In this document: positions 54,360 through 64,000 of the stretch, piece after piece
Position numbering within the stretch: the first letter of the stretch is position 1
How the letters are laid out: each line of letters starts with the position of its first letter
Source of the DNA: Cycas panzhihuaensis
Taxonomy: Eukaryota > Plantae > Cycadophyta
Length of the DNA stretch: 64,000 bases
Reading direction: 5' to 3'
Assembly: GCA_023213395.1 (NCBI GenBank)
Contig: CM041465.1
Span: forward strand, 104,663,741 to 104,727,740
The notes under the pieces: model-generated
Told to the model about the DNA's origin: nothing
The model's database searches: none
Seen by the model: the letters and a program-made list of their open reading frames with translations, nothing else
Translations under genes and position numbers: made by a program

Positions 54360-55399
54360 GATTATTTACCCCTTCTTAAGGTAGACCTTATAAGAACCCT
54401 AAGCTAACTCCTTCCCAAACCATTATCTAATTTTCCATTCATACCTTCTTGGAATGCCTTAGATTGAGTACCCCATGCAAGCAAGAAGTTATCTTATACC
54501 CTATTAAGAGGCTACCCCTTCTACTTCCTACCTTGTGTCCTCTACCCCTTTTGTTCCACCAACTCCCTAACCTACCATGTCAAGCACTCAACATTTTGGC
54601 CATAGAGCCTCCACACTTGGAGCTTCTAATTCACTCCAAGCCCCTTTTGCTTCATCTCATTGAGGCCCAATCTCAATTCTGGGCCCTCATCTAGCTAACC
54701 TTACCTCTACCCCTCCTACCTACTCAATTATTCCACATTTTATTCCTTCCACTTCTATGGTTCCTTCCTAAGGACCTAATACTTCCACCATCCCTACATG
54801 GGGGTAATCCTTTACCCAATTGCAAGGATTGGTATCCCTATCCTTATTCTCACAAGTACCTAATTCTATGCCAGTTTATTTTGTCTAAGTGGGATCTATT
54901 TCTACTAATTAGGTGCCTTCCACTTCTGCATGGATACAACCACCTCCCATTGGTGTTACCCCGTCCCCTTGGTAATCTATTACCATATCAAATCCTCAAC
55001 CCACTTGGGGAGTTGGTCCCAATCTAGAGGATCTTATGGCCTACCCTTTTTATCCTATCCAAGTGTGGGTGCATACCCCCCTTTTGGTGGTAATATCCAT
55101 GTCCCTTTGGTTTTGTCACATCTCAATATGCCCACTTCTCAAGCATCTTGGACTAACATGTTGCACAAACAACCACCTTCTAACCCATATGGTGGTCTAA
55201 CCTCTTATGCTAGTGCTTTGAATGTTACACAACCCCCTCCACACCTAGGTCAACCTACATATAGAGTGGGTCCTTCACCCCAACCTAGTGCACAACCATA
55301 TTTCTTCTCTTCTCTTATGGTAGGGAGGACTAATACTAATTACAAGAGGAACCCCTTTCTATAAGAGGTTCTCTTAGACCCTCTCCCACCACTTATACT

Positions 55400-57124
55400 T
55401 AAACTCCTTATGTTCATTGGAGAGGTGAGGCAAGATCACACTAGTCACATGCAAGCTTTTGCACTTGCTTGTGCTTACTATCTCCCTTGTGATTAGATTA
55501 TGATGTTAGATCTTTCCCAAGACCTTGTTGAGCAATGCTAAAAAATAGTTTTATAGGTTGTTGAATGTATCTATCCATTCTTTCTAGCAACTTGTCAATT
55601 CTTTCATCAATTACTTTGATGCCACCTATCCTTTCAAGATAGAGTTGAAATCCCTCTTTTTAATTAAATAAGGAGAAAATGAGTCCTCTCGTGACTTCAA
55701 TTATAGCTACTAAGACCTTGTGAATTCCTATCAGTGCCCTTTAGTGGATGACTTGATTTTCAATTTGTTTTCTAGTCTCTTAAACCTCACTTCTACCTTG
55801 AGGTGCTTGAGCTTGGATCAACCAAATATAAGAGTGCCATCAATAGGTGTTTATCCCTTGAATCATTTGAGATTCGAGTTAGTGTCAAGAAGTTAAATAA
55901 GTCCTCCTTCACTTCTAAGAAGGAGCTTACTCACAAACCTAAGCATATTCGAGGCTATAAAACTTATGATTAACTCACTTCTACCCTTTATACCCTAGAA
56001 TAATCTATTACAACTAAGTTATCTACCTCTATTTCTAAGTCTACCAAGGGCTCTAAAATTAATCACCTTGCCAACCAAAAGCCTAAACAAATAGCTACGC
56101 CTCTTCCTCCACCTCCCAATAAGAAGGGTCGTTAGTTTACTTTCTACTAAATTGATGCCCATGATTGATTGGAATGTAACAAGCTTAAGAAGCTTGGGAG
56201 GAATTATGTTACTCCTAATCAACAAATGGTAAACTTAAATAAATACTTATTGGTTCATGTTGACCCTTTTCCTAATCACTAAGACAAATGCAAAGGAAAG
56301 GGTCTTGCCAAGGAGGAAGGCCCTGTTACTAGGAGGAATCTAAAATCAAAAAGGATTTTTCCCCCACCAAACCCACTAAAGACAAGAAAAATGATAATCA
56401 TAATCAAAGGATCCCTCTTAAAGATAATTAGGACTCTCAAAGTTAAAACCACCATCATGGTGGAAATGACCAACCTTCTAGCAATCAATACTAATAAGTA
56501 TAAGAACTTTAAATCTAGCTCCTTATCTAAGCCAACTTAAGAAATTAATAAAATTCCCCTTCACCTTATCAAAATAGATTACTATCGTGTTCTCCAACAA
56601 GTTACTAAGACAAAGGGATTCTTCATCATTAAGGAGCTTAAGTCAATGTTCATGGGAACTTCTATGTCTAACCTACTCAAGAATTATCCTAAGTAGACTT
56701 AACTCTTACTTGATGCCCTTGGCATCAAACAACTTGACTCAAGAAAACCTCTTCTACTTTAAAGTAGAAGGTTGGTCATTTCCTCTTTTTATCATTCGAA
56801 TGTGCATTATATTTTGGTTTGTCCCTTTATCATTCATATTATGAGTGGTTAATGGAACATCAAAAGGGTCATTGTAAATTAAAGTATTACTACCAACATC
56901 ATTTCTCTTCATCTCTTAGAGACCCTTGGAATTTCTACCCATGAACCTATAAATTGGGTGTGTTAAGGATTCGATAAAAATCAAACAATTATAGTGGGCA
57001 AAGTTCCACTTCCCCTTAACCTTCATGGTAAAATTATTATCATGAAAATTGTTATACTAGATTTACACTTTAAATATAATATATTATTAGAACGACCTTG
57101 GATCAATCATATCAGGGCTATTTA
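55400..57124 (+). pseudogene. gag: G gag core and protease remnant
   Basis: Homology to T1 8730-10560; ORF 56994 N-terminal half is protease. Confidence 0.7.
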
Positions 57125-58007
57125 TGTTTTAATATTAAGTCTTGACCATGTACACTTGCATTTTAGCACTTTATATTTTATGTTAAAATGCTCTTTTGTA
57201 TGCTCTTTAAATTATCACTTTATCTATTTTATCTTTAGTGACTTTTCTACCTGTTATGTTAAAAGATCAACATTGACTAGATAACACTTATCACCATCCT
57301 TTTCACTTAGGAAGTAGTGTTTTACTCAAACTTTTTTTTTCTTATTTTGATTCATGACATGTGTCATGATCTTATAGTTTAAAACTCCTATACAATGAGT
57401 GTTTCTCCTTGTATTTCATCATAGTTTTAGAGTTCAGTATTATGCTAGTAAAAGCATTGTAGATAGGTTGAGTGTAGAATAATTCTTCTCTATTTTCTTA
57501 ATGTGTTATATAATTTGTATAAGTCTTTTATCAAGCATTTCTAATATAAATTTATTCATTTTCAAGTTCATGCCTTATCCCTTCATTCTCCTTAATAGAT
57601 TTTGATATTTTAGCTTTCTCATTTTGGTATCAGAGTAGCTTTGAGGAGTTAAAGAAGGCATTGGTTATCTTGTTTTGGTCACAACTTTCACCCTATGAAG
57701 GAAATCTAATGAAAATTTAGTTGAAATTTATTCAGAATCCTAATTTTGAAAGTAATTTTTAAAATTTTTTTAATGTTAAAAGACTTTATTCTCATATTTT
57801 ATAACAAATCTTAAGAGTTTTTTTATTGAGTTTTCTAACAAATTTTGAGAATGGTATACTAACCAATTTCTATTGGTTTTGAAGAATTTTATTACAAGTT
57901 TGAGTTAGTTTAATACAGTTGTTTTTTCTCAATAGGTTGCATATTAAAAAAATTATATTTTTTTACAATTTTTATATGCAATAAAAACTAGATTTTTGCA
58001 TTTATTT

Positions 58008-58128
<121 letters not shown>

Positions 58129-59609
58129 CATGCAAAAATTATCTTAGTTCGTCTATTTTTAGTGATTTGAAGGAAATTTTTATTTGTGGTAAATAGGGTA
58201 CTACTTGTTTCTTCTCTTATATCATTGATTTGAAGGAAAACTCTGCCTATTTACTCTCTTTTTGAGAGAAAATAGATCTACACCCATTTTACACTTAGTT
58301 GGGCATCATATCTACTCCTTTAACTCTTGTTGGGCACTCATTAAAGCTAGTTGGGCACTCAGTTCATCTATTTAGCTCTCATTTCCATAGTTGGCTGTAT
58401 TTTTTCACTAAAATTCATTATTTTTCCACTCATTTCATCAACTGAGAGCACTTCAAGCTTGCAAATCATAGTGGAAGGCATCCCCAATATTTTGTTAGTG
58501 ATTTTTGACTAAGTTATAGCTCCAAAATCTCTCCTTAAGGGTGTTTGCTATGTATTTTACAGAATTTGGCCATGTAACCTTCAAAATACATTTTGGCTTT
58601 AAAATAATCAATATTTGACCAAAATTTATAAAAACAAACTTTAAATTACTTTGTTTCAACTATACAATAATGTTGTGACTGCATGCAATGGAGATCCAAG
58701 CTCAGATTATGAGAATTGATCAATTTCTCATTCAATAGGTTGCATGACTGCCGAAAACATGCAAGTGAAGAAAATTTTTGATTTTGGAACATTAGTTATA
58801 TAACTTTAGGTTATATAATTTAGAATATTCTAAATCATATAAATTTACTTTTCTAAAATCATTTTAATCATATTTTATCATTTGTAAAGCAAAAAAACAC
58901 GTTTAAATTATTTTTTTAATTATTTTAACAGTATAATTTTTTTTTCAAGTGTGTTGTTAATAAAGAAATACTACTTTTAAGCATTTGTTATCACTTTCAA
59001 TGAAAATTTTAGTGTTGTAAGTAATTCTAAGCTCCCTACAAGGTGTCCTAATTCATTAAATTAGGCCCAAAAGTGCACAAAATTAGTCATTTTTTTTATT
59101 TTTAGTGTGTTAATTACATTAACACGTGTAATTTTTTTTCAAGTGATTTAGGCGTATTAGTCACTTATTTATCACATTTGTAAGCCTTCAATCACAAATT
59201 TTCATTATATTAACTCATTGGACTCCCTACATGGTGACTTAAAACAAGCCTGGTGATACTCCAAAGCAACAAGCAAATCACAAAATTAATAAAATAATCA
59301 AAATTTTTTAATATGGTGAGTTTTGTTTTTGATCTCAAGTGTCTTTTTCTATGTGTGTTTTGCTTCACGAAGTAGCTCTTTTACCCACTAAATTTTTTTG
59401 GTTTGCATTACTAAAGGCCTCATTTAATGGCATAGTTGTGATCACTATTGCATTTACTCATTATTATGCAAGTCACTTGAGTTACTTGTGACATTTGAAT
59501 AAGTTTTTTAGCAACCTCAAAAAGCCTCCAAGGCATGTTCTAAAAGTTGCTTAATCCCCACTTGTAATCAACTTTAAAAATCTAAAAAATTAAAGTCTTA
59601 AGCTTGGTT

Positions 59610-59826
59610 CATTCCTTAGGGGACCAATAGACCAAACAATCGTTATATGATAATTAAGACATTAAATGGGGATGCTCGAAAAGGGTGTTATTAGTATCGT
59701 CAACACTGAGAAAAGCACAATACACTATGTAGATCAACCTTACCTTAATTGTATTGATTTAGATAACATGGCCAATAGTTAATCCAAACATTAAGTTGGA
59801 TGACTTATGAGTTAAGCCCTCCATTC
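59610..59826 (+). promoter_or_regulatory. Conserved pre-gag leader block of E
   Basis: Collinear with 34687-34914, ~100 nt before gag in both. Confidence 0.6.
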
Positions 59827-60118
59827 TATTTTTATAATTTTTAGCCTAGCACTAAATAATTTTTATATTGAGTGAAACTTAAGGGGTATAAGTCAAGGTT
59901 TCCAAGCTCGTTTTTAACTACAAACTTTCATCATGATAACTTAGATGGTTATTATAAATACAATTAAATTAACAAGTGCTAAAAATTATCTGACATGGAA
60001 GAAGTAAGCAAAGAATGTGTTAATCATGAATGAGTTGTGGGGTTCTGTGTTTGGCATCATTACCAAACCTGAACCAATACCTAATCTAACAAATGAAAAC
60101 AATTTGATTCATGACATG

Positions 60119-62679
60119 TGAAACGCTGCCCACGGGGTGGTATCCCTACGTTTAGCAAGAAATGGATTACGCAAGACTAGGTTGGGCTAAACAACAAGGA
60201 CTCACCTTGCAGGGTGTCCGTGCGCTGGAGCATGGATTCGGGACCTGCAAAGTTGCCTGGTTGCTTTTAGGTAAGTACAAAAAGCGAGGCCTTCCTACCC
60301 CTCGGATGGCCGGGAAAGGAGGAGAGAGCTTGGCAAGTTGCATCTTCTCAAAGAGGTGAGAAGGCAACACGAGAGGGGGATATATGTGTAACATGGTGCC
60401 TAGGTGTAGGCTGGTCAAGAGAGCAAAGTGCGAGTAGTTCTAGCACAAAATGAACTATCTAAGTGTACTAGATTAACCGCTAAATAAAAGATATGCAAAG
60501 AAGCAAATGTATGTTCTTTTCCTCTTTTCAATTTCTTATGTGTTTCCTAATCATGCATGCATATGCACAAAGGACAATGCTATAAGGAAAAGATGCAACG
60601 ATAAGAAAAATACCTAGACCGGTGCCTGAATGGAGTACTACATGCCTCGTTGCCTCTTGCTCCTTCCCGCTCCACTTATTGCATACGCGAAACCGATCGA
60701 CGATGGATGCCGTGAACGACCGAAGAGGGGCTAGCTTACCTCCCCAATGTATGCAAAAAGCGAATAGCAAATGACGGAAAATAACAAAAAGTAATAAATA
60801 TGGAACTAACCTACAAATCGGTTTGTTTCATACGCAACTCCACAAACGCGAGATCCTTTTAATCAAACAGACAAGTATCTCCCTCTTGGAAGAGGGGGCA
60901 CAAAATAGATCTAGTACATGTATCCAAACTTAGAGGAAATAGAATCAAACTAAGCTAAGCATAAGCATATTATTTAATGAAATAACTTCCAACAAAGTTT
61001 TCGCAAACATTCACCGCAAATGACGCCCAAAATAAGAGTATAGCCTCAGAATGGCTAACTCACCCATGGAAAGTCTCTACTTAGCCTCGAGAAAGGAAAC
61101 CAAACTTGTAGGAGTAACACGGGGTAGTAAATAATGAGAAGGAAAAGTAGGCAAGCGCATCCAAGGGACGAAGTGTTACGGGCAACAAATCGTCCAAATG
61201 GATGGGTTACAAGTTGCAAGTCGACGAAGAGCAGTTTTGGGGCTTATGAGGTGCCCAACACCAGTAGAAATTTGGAACCATGAGGCAAGTGGTCACACTG
61301 GTTCAGATTTGGGAGTAGATTCCCAAGTCTCTGGCCAAGCTCTAAGAGAGGCAATAGCTACAGGGGGAAAGGAAATAAGGGTTTGGACCCTTGGAGAGAA
61401 GGTCTGCAAGGGGGACCAGCCCCACCTTTCTCCCTCAAATTCCCTTTGTGTAACCCCCTCTGCACAACCACCTTAAGGTTGGCTTGCAAGACCGTATGGG
61501 GAGGCTCTACAATCCACAAATCTAGAAATCAAGTAACAAACTAAGCAAGGAATCAAGAAAGTAAATAATTCAAGCCTTTATTCATGCAAAACTGTAGAAA
61601 GTAGCATAAATCATGAAGTAAACAAGTAGAGTACCTTGTACGGGGGAGAAAAAGTATGTATCTACTAGAAAATAGCAGGAAAAAACCAGCATTTAGTAAG
61701 GTTTAGTGGCAGGTTTGGAAGAGGAGACCGATGTGTGAAAAGTCCTGTGAGTTGGGGGCCCTTTGAAGCTTGTTCTTGGAAAAAACCTTGAGAAATATCC
61801 TTCCTCTAGCTTGTGGACCTGCAAAAATATCTTTGAGCCTGCTGGTTTTGAGTATGAGAGACAGTAATGGTCTCTCATAAGAAGCAACAGCTAAAGTCTT
61901 AGTTCTGCAGTAGTTTCTATGAAGGATCTTTTTGATTTGCATGTCAAATTGAGCTAAGAAGATGGAAAAATGAAGAAGACTTTTGGTTTTATCCCCTACT
62001 CACTGCAAGTAAATGTTGAGGATCTCAAGGCAGTTCAAATGCGCAGGTACCACGCGACAGTTCCGTGAAAAAAGCAGAAACTATCGTGTGATTTTAAAAA
62101 AGTTTTTCAAATAGTCGTACCGCGGTAAACTTCGCGGTACCATGGCAAAGATCGCAGTACCGCTATGTTTACAGTAGTATAAACCTAGAAACAAAAAATA
62201 AGCAAAAACTAGGGTTTGGAGCTAAATGAAGGGCAAATCAAGGCTGGAAACAGATAGGAGGAGTACCCAAGTGATGGACAAATAGCCAGGAAATTGAACT
62301 GGGTCTCAACCAGGGATTCAATCAGACTTGGAAGAGACTACAATATGAACAAGGTGTCGTAAAAAGGGCAAACACGACTAGCTGAGGCATCCTAAGGGGC
62401 TGTGGAGACGAAGTGGGTGGTTGTGTACCATATGGGATTGAACATTCACTAAAGAATGCCCCAATTATAAATCGTCATAGGTTGAAAGACGTGCGGTAAG
62501 CACATGCAAAGTGATCAAGTAAGAAGACAATGCAAACAGTCAAATGGCAGGCAAGCCTACGTCAGGTAATCTATAGTAAGCAATCTCAGTCAAGCAGGAG
62601 TAAAGAGAGAAGTGAAAACATATACCTAAGCTTACCTAAGTTGATGCGTCTCGAGTCCATTCCCAGTAGCTGGGAAATA
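60119..62679 (-). mobile_element. Long Tat-family LTR (2.56 kb), CpG-rich; 3' LTR of a minus-strand element or a solo LTR
   Basis: End gtagctgggaaata, motif tagcctcagaatggctaac (61041) and the 20-bp repeat (62111-62180) all match 960-4076. Confidence 0.82.
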
Positions 62680-62682
62680 ATG

Positions 62683-64000
62683 TGTTAAACCTTATGTTTA
62701 TATGTTAAGCCTATGTAATTTATTTTTCATGTAATATATGTACTCTTGTACTTTATGGGTGACTTTTCACTTAAGTGATAAAGTGCACACCCACATTCTT
62801 TCATAGTGATACAACATTGTTACTAAAGGGTTAAATGGATCTCCATGCACTTTTGCTCACTTAAAAGCCCAAAAGGACACATGTCCTACATACAGGGCAT
62901 GTATCTTGGATGTTTGACACTTGTCAAACATTCAATGCCTTAGGTCTCTATTTTCACTCTATATATTGAGACCTCTTCTCATTGTTCTCATATAGAGAGT
63001 TGGAGATGTATTGTTATGCTACCAGTTTACTAATTAAACTGCTATTCATTTGGAGGTTAGACCAATTCCAACTCCTCATCTTTGGTATCATTTTTGCTCT
63101 TTTTCTTCATGCTTGATCTTGCTCATGTTTTAATCTCATATTTTCATTCTTAGTCTAGTTTATCTACTTTCTAGAACTAGAGTAAATATAGCTTCTAGAT
63201 CTTGGGATTCTAACGCCATTTGGCCATTTCTACATTTGGTAACAGAGCTAGAGGAGACTAGTTTCCTCAGTTTTGATTTTGTCTTACTTAAGGAAGACTC
63301 AAAGTAGGTTCTACTTCTCCTTGGTGATGACCTTCACTCTCTGAAGGTGATCCAAGGCAGTTTTTAGACCTACAAATTGTAGATCAAGCTTCTTGGAGTA
63401 ATGTTGAAGGTATGTGAAGGTATACTTCTGAGATTAATTTTTTTTAAGACCTTAACTTAGCACTTACTGTTTCTTCAAAACAGTGACTTTTCTTAAAATT
63501 TTCTTCTTTCAAAATATACATATATCAAAATTTATGTAATACAAGGTAAATTTCAAGAGTTTTATGTATCTTTTTTACTAAAAATCATATCTTCAGTCAC
63601 AGCACTTAGTTTTTTACTAACAGAGTAATTTTTCCTTAACAAAATCATTTCTTACTACCTTCTACCCCCTGTCTAATCCTTGTTTCAAGCTCTATGATCA
63701 TATTCAGTAGGCTCACAGCCTTTGAAAACGTCTTAAGTGTCCCCATCTACTCTATTGGCTCTACTAAGCACTATTACATAGCTGGATAGCCTTGAAAATC
63801 ATTCTGCAAACCTGTTACTATACCTTACAAATTCTCAAAAGGCAACATTACTCATCATGAGCCCCTCGGAGTTCGTATGGTGACCAGACATCACCCTAAC
63901 TGTGAATGGCAGTCGTTGCTCTACTCTCTTTAGCGTGCACCTAGCCAACACTTGGATTGGTTTGTTCTCTCTCCACACTCATCAGAACAAGCTAAAATTA
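62683..64000 (+). mobile_element. Second C-family Copia (C2): 5' LTR 62683-63234, PBS 63237-63248, leader runs off the window
   Basis: LTR aligns end-to-end with C LTR; PBS tggtaacagagc followed by the same gaggagactag leader start. Confidence 0.92.

Larger units (their letters stand above)
47057..57124 (+). mobile_element. Tat-type Gypsy G internal region (PBS-like motif, P-rich N-terminus, gag, protease), interrupted by F and cut by E
   Basis: 55400-55900 aligns with T1 gag 8730-9200; protease YNILLERPWINHIRAI at ~57075-57123; PBS-like tggctcaacatgcc at 47057 is weak. Confidence 0.7.

Noticed and set aside
60162-61942. Short ORFs in the GC-richer segment as host genes
   Set aside because: Inside a Tat-family LTR; no recognisable domains and no evident counterparts in sister LTRs

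Overview
AT-rich plant heterochromatin, most like a large-genome gymnosperm (inferred from the retroelement types). It consists almost entirely of nested, decayed LTR retrotransposons. I found no host gene, rRNA, true tRNA or CRISPR array. Element names are my own labels. An old CRM-like Gypsy (D, ~17.45-40.6 kb) forms the backbone. Its 5' LTR was hit by a chromovirus (X), X by a Tat-type Gypsy (T1, with a stand-alone archaeal-type RNase H), T1 by a Tork/Tnt1-like Copia (A1) and a 322-bp TRIM, and A1 by a 3.1-kb solo LTR. Copia B (containing Copia A2) and the youngest complete element, Copia C (31977-39774), sit inside D's ORF. Next come an unresolved 6.5-kb block with a decayed accessory ORF and a second Tat-type element (G). 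G contains a complete chromovirus (F, 47873-54359) and Copia E; E is interrupted by another long Tat LTR, followed by a second C-family copy. The most interesting signals are: (1) the TRIM's tRNA-type Pol III A box and B box, split across the LTR/PBS junction with tRNA spacing and a single T4 run; (2) a conserved, apparently structured ~230-nt pre-gag leader shared by two otherwise unalignable Copia families; (3) conserved splice-site-like motifs in the long Tat LTRs; (4) the orphan accessory ORF. All alignments and counts were done by eye.
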